Below, piece by piece: positions 19,382-28,799 of a stretch of 32,000 bases of DNA. The stretch's first letter is position 1; each line of letters begins with the position of its first letter. Location: positions 1,590,001 through 1,622,000 of the forward strand of contig NZ_CP026606.1 of NCBI RefSeq assembly GCF_002945325.1. The letters are read 5' to 3'. The notes under the pieces were generated by a model, which saw only the letters and a list, made by a program, of their open reading frames with translations, was not told the DNA's origin and did not search any database. The stretch comes from Methanococcus maripaludis (GTDB taxonomy: Archaea > AGJL01 > Methanococci > Methanococcales > Methanococcaceae). The position numbers and the translations under genes were made by a program.

Positions 19382-20123
19382 AAAAAGTATAAAAAACGTA
19401 TTGGATTTGGCACAAGAACTTCGGTCAAATAATATAAGGTTTTTCTTTCATGATTACGATCGATGGATGACGAGTACTGATATCGATATTTCATTAAATA
19501 GCGATGATATAACTAATTTTCACAAAATAATGACTAAAAATGAATTTAAACTACTTTCAAAATTTCCTCCTTGGAAGTTATTTTATGTGAAATATCAAAA
19601 CGGAGACATAATTTTCTTTGACACCCATTTGGATGCATACGAAGGAGTTTCTAAGGATATTTTGTTTCCAAATTCATCAAATTACTTTTTGGACGAAAAC
19701 AAACAACTTTTTTATTATATATACCGAATCAGTATTGGACAACCTTGCTTAATTGAAATAATATCTCCATTTGTATATTATTTGGAGTATTTGCTACGAA
19801 CTTTATTTTTGTATCCTGAACGAATAAAATATTCGGCTGTTTTAACCGACAGATGGTTTTATGATTTAAATACTTCTCCGAACGCATCAAATAACATTGT
19901 GAAATTTTTAAATAAACTGCTTCCAAAACCCTCTTTGGTAGTTTATTTGTATAATGATATAGATGTTTTAATAACTAGAAAACCCGATCATCCAAAAAGT
20001 GATTTAGAAAGACAATTAGCTAGCTTTAATGAAATAGAAAATATTTTTGATTTAAAAATTAAATCGGGAAATAAAGGGGAAGTTATAAATGAGATTATGG
20101 ATAGGATTATTAAATTACTATGA
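19374..20123 (+). CDS. Degenerate nucleotidyltransferase / thymidylate-kinase-like fusion protein
   Basis: N-terminal STDIDISL resembles the metal-binding D-x-D of nucleotidyltransferases. The C-terminal half VLTDRWFYDLNTSP...LLPKPSLVVYLYNDIDVLITRKPDHPKSDLERQLASFNEI resembles the DRY/DRW and lid regions of TMP-kinase-like enzymes. No Walker A P-loop. Confidence 0.5.
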   Translation: MNEKSIKNVLDLAQELRSNNIRFFFHDYDRWMTSTDIDISLNSDDITNFHKIMTKNEFKLLSKFPPWKLFYVKYQNGDIIFFDTHLDAYEGVSKDILFPNSSNYFLDENKQLFYYIYRISIGQPCLIEIISPFVYYLEYLLRTLFLYPERIKYSAVLTDRWFYDLNTSPNASNNIVKFLNKLLPKPSLVVYLYNDIDVLITRKPDHPKSDLERQLASFNEIENIFDLKIKSGNKGEVINEIMDRIIKLL

Positions 20124-20170
20124 TGCTTATTTTTGAATATGTTAAATAAAACTGATTTTACGTGGTTTAA

Positions 20171-20845
20171 ATGGAAAAAAACTTTAAAATACAATATTTT
20201 GAAAAATATGGTGGTGGGCATCTACCTTCAAAAAAATATCTAATTGATATTCTAAGCAAACTACCTAAAAATGCGAAAGTTTTAGATGTGGGCTGTGGAA
20301 AAGGTACATATCTCAAAGAAATTCATAAAATCCGGCCTGATTTACTATTGCATGCTGTTGATATTGGGGATGTTCAAGAATATTTGGCAGATTATATCTT
20401 ATTTAAAAAATCCTGTGGAGATAATCTACCATTTAGCGATGAAATGTTTGATTTTGTGTTTTGTTTACATGTGTTAGAGCATGTTCAGAACCCCCATGAG
20501 TTTATGATTGAATTTAATCGGGTTTTAAAAAAAGATGGTTTTACTTATATCGAAATGCCATATTATAAAAGAGCATATATTCCAGATGGAAATATGAATT
20601 TTTGGAGTGATCCTACACACATACGACCATACAATCATAATTCCGTGGATAAGCTTTTAATCGAAAATGGTTTTGAAACTTTAAAAATAAAACTTTGGAG
20701 GGACTGGATCCCTATTTTTTTAGGCCCTTATTTAATACTAAAAAGGATATTATTCAATGATATGGATGCCCTATCGACATTTTTTGCAAATTTATATGGT
20801 TGTGCAATAGGTGGGTTGGGAAAAAAGGTAAAAAACATTAAATAA
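20171..20845 (+). CDS. Class I SAM-dependent methyltransferase
   Basis: AKVLDVGCGKGTYLKEI, DIGDVQEY, CGDNLPFSDEMFDFVFCLHVLEHVQNPHEFMIEFNRVLKKDG. Confidence 0.88.
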   Translation: MEKNFKIQYFEKYGGGHLPSKKYLIDILSKLPKNAKVLDVGCGKGTYLKEIHKIRPDLLLHAVDIGDVQEYLADYILFKKSCGDNLPFSDEMFDFVFCLHVLEHVQNPHEFMIEFNRVLKKDGFTYIEMPYYKRAYIPDGNMNFWSDPTHIRPYNHNSVDKLLIENGFETLKIKLWRDWIPIFLGPYLILKRILFNDMDALSTFFANLYGCAIGGLGKKVKNIK

Positions 20846-20862
20846 AAAATTTTGGGAATATT

Positions 20863-21921
20863 ATGAAAGTATTAATAATCGCTCTTTCGGGAATTGGAAA
20901 TTTAATAATGGCATTTCCAATGATAAACGAATTTAAAAAAAAGTACCCTGATTCAGAAGTAAATTTTTTAGTATCTCCTCGCGGAACAAAAGAACTTCTG
21001 GATGGTCAAGATTTTGTAAATAATATCTTCACGCTTGATTCAGAATTAATATTAGATCTATTCTTAAAGAATAAATCCAAAAAGTTAATCTCTCAATTAA
21101 ACGGGGATAATTACGATCATACAATCACAATATACCCCTCACAGGGGATATTTTCCGCCATTTTAATGAAATTAATTAATTCCAAAAATAGAATCCAGCA
21201 CAAATATAATTTTAAAGTTTTTAAAGACATAGGATAGTTTTTGACATATTCTCCAAAAATAAAAGATAATCACAGCGTATTTGTAAATTTGGATTTACTG
21301 GACGATTTAAGTTTAACCTGCAATGCTGAAGATTTAACCTATAATTATAATTTAAAAAATGAAAGTGTTAAATTCGCCAATGAATTTTTTGTAGAAAACG
21401 AATTAAAAGATAAATTTGTTATCGGTATCCATCCTGGTGGAAAAAATGACCTGATTTGGAAGAGGTGGGACATCAAAAACTGGCAAAATCAGATTGAATT
21501 ATTCGAAAAAAATTATTCGAATAAAATTAAATTCTTAATATTTCTAGGACCTGATGAAAAAGAATATGAAATTTATTTTAAAGATTTTAAGAGTGCAGTA
21601 ATCGTAAAAGACGTTTCTTTACAAAATACAATCTCATTAATAAGCAAGTGTGGTTATTTTATTGGTAACGACAGCGGTTTGTCTCATTGTGCATCGTTAT
21701 TTAAAATTCCACAAAGCGTAATTTTTGGAGGAACAAGTTACGTACACACCGCCCCCTTTTCAGATAAAGTCAATTTAATACTTCCAAAAAATTATGATGT
21801 ATTTTATATTCCTTATTATGGATTTATAAAAAAGCCAGTGAATTTGCTGGTAAATTTAAAGGCTGAAACCGTATTTAAATCGGTATGCTCCCACATGAAT
21901 TCTTTAAATTTACTCAAATAA
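20863..21921 (+). pseudogene. GT9 (heptosyltransferase-like) glycosyltransferase gene interrupted by one in-frame TAG at 21235-21237; parts 20863..21237 and 21241..21921
   Basis: Both ORFs are in the same frame. N-part MKVLIIALSGIGNLIMAFPMINEFKKKYPDSEVNFLV. C-part FVIGIHPGGKNDLIWKRWDIKNW...CGYFIGNDSGLSHCASLFKIPQSVIFGGTS, a GT9 C-terminal signature. Together they give a normal GT9 length (352 codons plus the amber). Confidence 0.75.
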
Positions 21922-23139
21922 TTCCATAAATTTTTCATAATAGTCATAATCTTCTAATTTCTGTTCTGTTAAAACATCTTCCCTATATCCAGTTATTTCT
22001 TTTACAAAGTTTTCAACTGTCGGTTTGGTATATATGCCACATTTTAACCAATCTATGACTTCAGGGATTCCTCCCCTATCGCTTCCGATGACGTGGCATC
22101 CATTATACGCCCCTTCTAAAACAACCCTACCAAAAGGTTCATGCCAAAGGGATGGAACCAACAAAATATCGGCTGCTCGGTAATAATCTTTAAGTTCTGA
22201 AATTGATAAATATCCAAGATATATTAAATTGTCCTGTTTTTTTTTCAAAAATAGCTCTTTTAAAACCCCGTTTCCAATAACAATAAACAAATGCTCTTTT
22301 AATTTCTCAGAAAGATCACTTAACATATGGGCTCCTTTTTCTTCTGTAAGACTACCTGCATATAAAACAATTTTTTTATTTTCAGGTAAATTTAATAACG
22401 ATCTTGCTTCTTTTTTGGACAATTTGGATACAATGTCGTCAGATATTGGGTTATATATAACTTTTATTTTATTTTTATCGACATTTAGCACATCAATATA
22501 TTTTTCTTTAACAAAGTTACTTATCGCGATCAAAAAATCGAAAGAAGACAGAACGGATGTTTTATTAATTCTTTTTTTCATTTCATGCTCTAGAATTTTG
22601 TTTACTGTACCTTCAGTACCCATACATGCATTTAAATTATTTAGTGAGCACCCCTCACAGAGGCCCCCTGATTTATTTAAGCCCCTATTATAACAAAATA
22701 GGCCAAAATCTCTCAAATGAGCAATTTTTTTGGCAGATGTATTTATTGGACCAACTGCCAAAATGGATTCTAAATTATTGGCATGAATCACGTCAAATTT
22801 CTCATTTTTTAAAATTTTTTTTACCCATTTTCTTAGTTCATATGTTGAATATCTAACGTAATGATTTAAAAATGTGTAAAATATGGGTTTTGTTTTTTTG
22901 TAGACTTCATGGGAAGTTTTTTCTCTTTTTTTGAATAAAAAATGTCTAAACGACCCAAATCTTATGATTTTTAGGTTATTTTTTTTGTCAATTTTTGTTT
23001 TGGGCGAACTATAATTTGGGGTTAACACTACAACTTCATGGCCTTTTTTTACGAGATTATCAACTAATATTTTTAGACTTATCTCTGCTCCACCCATGAC
23101 ATATGGCGGAAAATATTCTGCAACAAACAGGAATTTCAT
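21910..23139 (-). CDS. Glycosyltransferase, GT4 family
   Basis: MKFLFVAEYFPPYVMGGAEISLKILVDNLVKKGHEVVVLTP; SLLNLPENKKIVLYAGSLTEEKGA; ADILLVPSLWHEPFGRVVLEGAYNGCHVIGSDRGGIPE. Confidence 0.92.
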   Translation of the reverse strand: MKFLFVAEYFPPYVMGGAEISLKILVDNLVKKGHEVVVLTPNYSSPKTKIDKKNNLKIIRFGSFRHFLFKKREKTSHEVYKKTKPIFYTFLNHYVRYSTYELRKWVKKILKNEKFDVIHANNLESILAVGPINTSAKKIAHLRDFGLFCYNRGLNKSGGLCEGCSLNNLNACMGTEGTVNKILEHEMKKRINKTSVLSSFDFLIAISNFVKEKYIDVLNVDKNKIKVIYNPISDDIVSKLSKKEARSLLNLPENKKIVLYAGSLTEEKGAHMLSDLSEKLKEHLFIVIGNGVLKELFLKKKQDNLIYLGYLSISELKDYYRAADILLVPSLWHEPFGRVVLEGAYNGCHVIGSDRGGIPEVIDWLKCGIYTKPTVENFVKEITGYREDVLTEQKLEDYDYYEKFMELFE

Positions 23140-23147
23140 AAAATCAC

Positions 23148-24068
23148 TTAATGTATATATTTGTTTTCTTTTAACCATGTAGTATAATCTCGAACTGCAT
23201 CTTCAAAATTCCATCTGGGTGTGTATCCTAAATAATTTTCCGTACGGGTTAGATCTGCCTGAGTAAAATCTTGGTAAAACTCTGCATAGGTGTTTTCTAT
23301 ATATTCGGGTTCGTAATTAAACCCTAAAATTTCATTTAAAGTATTAACAATATGATTAAATGAAACTGCAGTGCCATTCCCTGCATTCACAATACAACTT
23401 TCTTTCGCATGTTGTGCTAATAAATTTGCCCGAACAATGTTTTTAACATAAACTTGGTCTCTTTGCTGTTCTCCCCATTTGAATATTTTTGGATTTTTTC
23501 CTTCAATCATCTGTTTTGTTATTTGCCAAATCATTGAAGCCATTTTGCCCTTGTACTGTTCTCGAGGTCCAAAAACATTAAAATACCTTAATCCAACAAT
23601 ATGGTTTTCAGGATATTTTTCCATATATTTTTTAGCAATGCAGTCACAAGCCCATTTTGAAAAACCGTATACATTGTTTGGTTTTCCAGCATATTCTTCT
23701 TTTTGAGGAGATACTGCATCCCCATATGTGGCTGCAGAAGATGCGTAAACAAACTTCACGTTATTGGTTACAGCAAAGTTTAGAAGTTTCTTAAATCCAT
23801 CTGTATTTATTCGCATCATTAATTCTTGATCATGTACTGTGGTATCAGTTATCGCAGCTTGGTGAAATATTATATCCACATCTTTAACAATATCTTCAGT
23901 AACATCAAGTATATTTCCAGAGATAACTTCCCCTTCAAACCCGATAAGATTTTTAAAGTGCCCTGATGAAAAATCATCTAAAACTAACACTTCATAGTTT
24001 TTGTTTTGTAATTCTAATGCTAGATTGGAACCTATAAATCCTGCACCGCCAGTTACCAGAGCTTTCAT
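23148..24068 (-). CDS. hldD: NAD-dependent epimerase, HldD-like (ADP-glyceromanno-heptose 6-epimerase-like)
   Basis: MKALVTGGAGFIGSNLA; SSAATYGD; YGFSKWACD; HldD-like segments FNVFGPREQYKGKMASMIWQITKQMIEGKNPKIFKWGEQQRDQVYVKNIVRANLLA and YQDFTQADLTRTENYLGYTP. Start set at 24068. Confidence 0.72.
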   Translation of the reverse strand: MKALVTGGAGFIGSNLALELQNKNYEVLVLDDFSSGHFKNLIGFEGEVISGNILDVTEDIVKDVDIIFHQAAITDTTVHDQELMMRINTDGFKKLLNFAVTNNVKFVYASSAATYGDAVSPQKEEYAGKPNNVYGFSKWACDCIAKKYMEKYPENHIVGLRYFNVFGPREQYKGKMASMIWQITKQMIEGKNPKIFKWGEQQRDQVYVKNIVRANLLAQHAKESCIVNAGNGTAVSFNHIVNTLNEILGFNYEPEYIENTYAEFYQDFTQADLTRTENYLGYTPRWNFEDAVRDYTTWLKENKYIH

Positions 24069-24081
24069 TTTATCACCAAAT

Positions 24082-25131
24082 TTATAGTTTTGATTCATCA
24101 ACTGATTTTTGTATTGTATCAAAAACATCTTCGACAGTTATGTTTTCCATGCATTTTTTTCCATAGGGGCATGGTTTTGGAAATTTTCCCCATAGATCAT
24201 AACAAGGACTGCATCCAACCTGTTTCCAGAGGAATGTACTTTTTTTATGTAATGGGGCTTTTTCACAAGGGTGTGTGGGGCCGAAAATGCTTAAAACTTT
24301 TTTATTAACTGATGCCGCCAAATGCATGGGGCCGCTGTCGTTACATACAACAATATTACATTTTTTTAACAAAGCTGCACTCTGTTTCAATGTAGTTTTT
24401 CCGATTGCAGAAACACAGGTATTTTTTTTAAAAATCTGTTTTTCTAGTTCTTTATCTGTATTTCCACCAATTAATAATACTTCAAATCCTTTTTCGTTTA
24501 GATTACTTATTAATTCAATATAATTTTCGTTACTCCACCGCCTTAAATCGTCATCACCAACGCCAATGTTTTTAGCGCCTCCTGGGCAGATACCCACAAC
24601 TAATTTACTATTTAGTGAATTCTCATTCCAAAAATTATCTGCAAAGTCCATATCATTTTTATCCAGAAATAAATCCATATTACAATTTTTATGTTCTGAA
24701 TTGATTCCTAATCCTTTTATTAGATCTAAATAATAAAAAATTTCGTGTTTTCTTCCAAAGTACGGAACTTGATATGTCAAAAATTTTCCTTCATTAAATC
24801 TATCAAAACCTATCCTTTTTTTAATTCCAAACAGCAATGAGGTGAAATTAAAAATCAAGTGTTTATCCAAAACAAAAACAACGTCGTAATTTTCTTTTCT
24901 AATTTTAAAAATTAGATTTATCCAGTCAAAAAAACGTTTTTTGAAAAATATATCTTCATCAAATGTGATTGTGTTATCCAAATAACAATTTCCTTTCAAA
25001 ACTTCATGGGAATAATTTCCAATTAAATAGTGAAGTTTTGCATCAGGAAAATTATCTTTTAAATTCTTAATCAATGGGGTAGTCATTAATGTGTCGCCTA
25101 TTGCCCCAATTTTGAATAATAATATTTTCAC
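24082..25131 (-). CDS. Glycosyltransferase family 9 (heptosyltransferase-like)
   Basis: MKILLFKIGAIGDTLMTTPLIKNLKDNFPDAKLHYLIG; CNIVVCNDSGPMHLAASVNKKVLSIFGPTHPCEKAPL. Confidence 0.9.
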   Translation of the reverse strand: MKILLFKIGAIGDTLMTTPLIKNLKDNFPDAKLHYLIGNYSHEVLKGNCYLDNTITFDEDIFFKKRFFDWINLIFKIRKENYDVVFVLDKHLIFNFTSLLFGIKKRIGFDRFNEGKFLTYQVPYFGRKHEIFYYLDLIKGLGINSEHKNCNMDLFLDKNDMDFADNFWNENSLNSKLVVGICPGGAKNIGVGDDDLRRWSNENYIELISNLNEKGFEVLLIGGNTDKELEKQIFKKNTCVSAIGKTTLKQSAALLKKCNIVVCNDSGPMHLAASVNKKVLSIFGPTHPCEKAPLHKKSTFLWKQVGCSPCYDLWGKFPKPCPYGKKCMENITVEDVFDTIQKSVDESKL

Positions 25132-25191
25132 AGTTTCACGTCTTATAGTGTATTACTTCTATTTTAAAGTAAAGTTTAGGTTTTTCTAAGA

Positions 25192-26343
25192 TTAACACTC
25201 GGGTAATTTTGGATCGTTAAAATCACCAGTTACCGAATTAAGAACATCGTTTACTTCGATTAGGTCCATGCATTTTCCATCTAATTTGCATTTTTCAAAT
25301 TTTCCTTCGTGGACATTTATACACGGGGAACATTTTAGATTTTCTGCATTATATAATGCGATATTTTGTTTACCGAATGGGGCAAACCGTTCGGGTAAGT
25401 TGGGGCCGAATAATCCAACTGTTTTAGTACCCATTGCTGCAGCAAGGTGCATTGGCCCTGTATCATTTGAAATAAATACGTTAAATTTTGTTAATAAGTA
25501 AGAAAATTCTCTTAAATTTGTTTTGGAAGCAAAATTATATATTTTATTTTTAAATTTTTTATTAACTAGTTTTAAAACTTCTTTATTTATTATATTGTCA
25601 CTACCGCTACCCGTTAGTACAACATAATATCCTTTTTCAATTAAATTTTCGATTAATTTGGCAAAATTTTCTTTTTTCCACGTTCTCCAGGGTGCAGTTT
25701 CCGCAGTACCGCAGTGGATTCCAATTAATGGTTTATCATGTAAGGAATACTCTTTTAATAATATATTAACCTTTTTTTGGTCTTGAATTGTATAGTTTAA
25801 AGGAATTAATTTTTTAGGCAAATCGCTGTCAATAAACGGCCCTGATAGATTACAAAAATTATAAACTGCATGAATTTTGTCGTCATATTTTATTTTAAAA
25901 TCATAAAGTTTATCTCTACCAAGTCCTTTAAATCCGATCGTATTTTTGCCTAAAAACCACCCTAATATGGCAGATATGTTAAAATAAGGTTCTGTATCTA
26001 TAACTACATCGTATTCTTTAAATTTTTTTAGAATTTCCCAAAAATTTTCCAATTCAAAAATTTCATCAATAAAATCAACATTTTCAAAAACGCTTTTACT
26101 CCTTTTCGTAGTTAAGATTGTTATTTTAGTAATTTCTTTTTCACAGGGATTTTTAGAATATTTAACGGCATTAATCAATGGTAGGGTTAAAATACTTTCA
26201 CCCAGTGTCCATAACCTAATAATTAGTATATTATGTTTTTTGGAAATATGGGGCTGTTTTTTTGATTTTAGCAGGCATAATGAATAAATAATAACATTTC
26301 CAAAGTATTTGTCAATATTTCGCATGAATGGAATCAAATTCAT
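25192..26343 (-). CDS. Glycosyltransferase family 9 (heptosyltransferase-like)
   Basis: HNILIIRLWTLGESILTLPLINAVK; LIGIHCGTAETAPWRTWKKENFAKLIENL; FNVFISNDTGPMHLAAAMGTKTVGLFGPNLPERFAP. Confidence 0.88.
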   Translation of the reverse strand: MNLIPFMRNIDKYFGNVIIYSLCLLKSKKQPHISKKHNILIIRLWTLGESILTLPLINAVKYSKNPCEKEITKITILTTKRSKSVFENVDFIDEIFELENFWEILKKFKEYDVVIDTEPYFNISAILGWFLGKNTIGFKGLGRDKLYDFKIKYDDKIHAVYNFCNLSGPFIDSDLPKKLIPLNYTIQDQKKVNILLKEYSLHDKPLIGIHCGTAETAPWRTWKKENFAKLIENLIEKGYYVVLTGSGSDNIINKEVLKLVNKKFKNKIYNFASKTNLREFSYLLTKFNVFISNDTGPMHLAAAMGTKTVGLFGPNLPERFAPFGKQNIALYNAENLKCSPCINVHEGKFEKCKLDGKCMDLIEVNDVLNSVTGDFNDPKLPEC

Positions 26344-26347
26344 AAGA

Positions 26348-26854
26348 TTACCTATTTTTTTCTATAATTTCAACGCATTCAACTAGATTTTTGCCCATAA
26401 AATCTCCAAAGTGCTGTTTTAAATTATCACAAATCATTATAGTTTTGCAGCCTACGCTTTTTCCACATAAAATATCACTTTTACTATCTCCAATCATCCA
26501 GCTTTTGTTAAAATCGATGTCCAATTTTTCTTTGGCATCATATAACATTTTATTTTCAGGTTTTCTACAATTACAGGTTCCATTTAAGTGAGGGCAGTAA
26601 AATATATCGTCGATTTCAGGAAGTTCCTTTAACATATGTTCGTGGACTTTTAAGAGGTCTTTTTCAGACATTATACCTTTTCCAATACCCTGCTGGTTTG
26701 TGATAACAACCAGTAAATACCCTAACTCTTTTAGTTTTTGCAATGCGATTTTGACTCCTTCGAGTATTTCAAACTCCGAAATTGATTTAACATAATCATT
26801 TTCAAGTTTTTTATTAATCACTCCGTCACGGTCTAAAAAAACGGTTTTACTCAT
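26348..26854 (-). CDS. gmhB: D-glycero-D-manno-heptose 1,7-bisphosphate phosphatase (HAD family)
   Basis: KTVFLDRDGVINKK, VVITNQQGIGKG, FYCPHLNGTCNCRKPENKML (zinc-site-like region), WMIGDSKSDILCGKSVGCKTIMI. Confidence 0.88.
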   Translation of the reverse strand: MSKTVFLDRDGVINKKLENDYVKSISEFEILEGVKIALQKLKELGYLLVVITNQQGIGKGIMSEKDLLKVHEHMLKELPEIDDIFYCPHLNGTCNCRKPENKMLYDAKEKLDIDFNKSWMIGDSKSDILCGKSVGCKTIMICDNLKQHFGDFMGKNLVECVEIIEKNR

Positions 26855-27767
26855 GGGTATCTCCAAAAAGTTCCTCTAAGGTTACCGTGGCAGTGCCTGA
26901 TTTTGAAACCACTATTGAACTTGCCCGATTTGCAAGTTTTACTGCATCTATTAATTCATAACCTTTATCTATTGCGTAAGCGAGTGTGGCGATAAATGTG
27001 TCTCCGGCACCAGATACATCGTGAACATCTCTTACTTTTCCACAGATATGTTCGATTTTTCTATCTTTTGTGAATACACTAACTCCTTTTTCGCTTCTAG
27101 TAATCACGAAATTGGAGTTAAATCTTTCAACCAGTTCTAAACCTGCAGACTCAACGGAATCGTCGTTATTTATTATTTCCCTTCCAAGGATTTTTGAAGC
27201 TTCAAAAAGATTTGGTTTTATCAAATAAACATCATTATACATATTGATGTTTTCCGGTTTTGGGTCAACGAGTATTTTACCTTTAAATTCCTGTTTAAGT
27301 TCTGAAATAAGATTTTGAGTTAATAATCCTTTATTATAATCAGAAATTATTAAAACTGATGAATCATTTAAATTTTTGAAATTGGAGATTATTTCATTGA
27401 TAATACTGTTCGAAAAAGCTTTTTTTTCTTCATAATCTGCCCTTAAAAGTTGTTGATTGTAACCCACTGCAACAAATCGATGTTTTAAAATGGTTGGGCG
27501 TCCATCTGATACGAATTTATAAGTTATACAATTTTCATCACAGATTTCTGCTATTTTTTTTCCAAATTCATCATTTAAATTAGCAGAACTAATCAAAAGA
27601 ACAGGATGTTTTAAAAAAGCAATGTTGTTTGCGACGTTTCCTGCGCCTCCAATGGCATATTTTTTGTTCAAAACATTTAAAATTGGAACTGGAGCTTCAG
27701 GATTTATTCTTTCAACTTTTCCATAAGTATATTTATCAAGCATTACGTCTCCTAACACCGTTATCAT
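26847..27767 (-). CDS. hldA: D-glycero-beta-D-manno-heptose-7-phosphate kinase (PfkB family, RfaE1/HldA-like)
   Basis: ITVLGDVMLDKYTYGKVERINPEAPVPILNVLNKKYAIGGAGNVANNIAFL; VLIISDYNKGLLT; VRDVHDVSGAGDTFIATLAYAI. Confidence 0.92.
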   Translation of the reverse strand: MITVLGDVMLDKYTYGKVERINPEAPVPILNVLNKKYAIGGAGNVANNIAFLKHPVLLISSANLNDEFGKKIAEICDENCITYKFVSDGRPTILKHRFVAVGYNQQLLRADYEEKKAFSNSIINEIISNFKNLNDSSVLIISDYNKGLLTQNLISELKQEFKGKILVDPKPENINMYNDVYLIKPNLFEASKILGREIINNDDSVESAGLELVERFNSNFVITRSEKGVSVFTKDRKIEHICGKVRDVHDVSGAGDTFIATLAYAIDKGYELIDAVKLANRASSIVVSKSGTATVTLEELFGDTHE

Positions 27768-27768
27768 G

Positions 27769-28248
27769 TTAAACACCTTTTAAAATGGAAGATACAATAT
27801 TTGTGGTGGAAAAACCATCTACTAAATTTATAATTTTTATTTTTCCACCATATTCTAAAATTATTTTTGATTCAGGAAGACTTTCTATCGTATAGTCCCC
27901 TCCCTTTACATGAACATCTGGTTTAATTAGTGATATAAGATTGAGCGGGGTTTCTTCATCAAATGAAATTACAAAATCAACAGGTTTAATTGAATTCAAT
28001 ACTTCGATTCTGGATTCAAGTGGGATAACCGGTCTTGATGATCCTTTTATTTTTTTAATCGACAAATCTGAGTTTATACCAACGATTAAAATGTCTCCAA
28101 ATTTTTTAGCTTCTGAAAGATATTTAACGTGGCCTTTATGGAGTATGTCAAAACATCCATTGGTAAATACTATTTTTAAGTTATTTTTTCTTAGATCTTT
28201 AATTAAATCCTGCAATAAATCTTTATTTGATATAATCACTATTATCAC
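27769..28248 (-). CDS. hldC: Heptose-1-phosphate nucleotidyltransferase (RfaE2/HldC-like)
   Basis: [95 protein letters not shown]...[12 protein letters not shown]. Confidence 0.92.
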   Translation of the reverse strand: MIIVIISNKDLLQDLIKDLRKNNLKIVFTNGCFDILHKGHVKYLSEAKKFGDILIVGINSDLSIKKIKGSSRPVIPLESRIEVLNSIKPVDFVISFDEETPLNLISLIKPDVHVKGGDYTIESLPESKIILEYGGKIKIINLVDGFSTTNIVSSILKGV

Positions 28249-28799
28249 ATCAATTTTTTTTCAACTTCTTCGCAAATAACATGATAAATAGTTAAATGAC
28301 ACTCCTGAACTCTTGGAGTATTATTCGAAGGAACTATTAATGGTATATCAACTAAATTATTTAGTTTTCCGCCGTCTTTTCCCAAAAGTCCAATCGTGTA
28401 TAATCCTTTATTTTTAGCAAGGTTTACTGCATTTATCACATTTTCTGAATTTCCACTGGTCGAAATTCCAATTAATATATCGCCAACAGTGCCTAATGCT
28501 TCAACCTGACGTTCAAATATTTTTTCAAATCCGTAATCATTTCCAATGGCAGTTAATATGGAAGTATCAGTACTTAATGCAATTGCAGGATATCCTTTTC
28601 GTTTTAATTTGTATCTTCCAACAATTTCGGCAGCAAAATGTTGTGAATCTGCAGCACTTCCCCCATTGCCACAAATTAATATTTTATTTCCATTTTTTAA
28701 TGCATTTACAATTATATTTATGGCATCAATTAATTTATGTTCATTTTTTGATATAAAGTCTAATTTTACTTTTGAACTTTCTTCAAAATATGTTTTCAT
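28245..28799 (-). CDS. gmhA: Sedoheptulose-7-phosphate isomerase
   Basis: [86 protein letters not shown]; [20 protein letters not shown]. Confidence 0.95.
   Translation of the reverse strand: MKTYFEESSKVKLDFISKNEHKLIDAINIIVNALKNGNKILICGNGGSAADSQHFAAEIVGRYKLKRKGYPAIALSTDTSILTAIGNDYGFEKIFERQVEALGTVGDILIGISTSGNSENVINAVNLAKNKGLYTIGLLGKDGGKLNNLVDIPLIVPSNNTPRVQECHLTIYHVICEEVEKKLM

Noticed and set aside
21235-21237. TAG in the GT9 gene as a pyrrolysine codon
   Set aside because: Pyrrolysine use is known from Methanosarcinaceae and some others but not from Methanococcus, and no pylTSBCD genes are visible; nonsense mutation or sequencing error is simpler.
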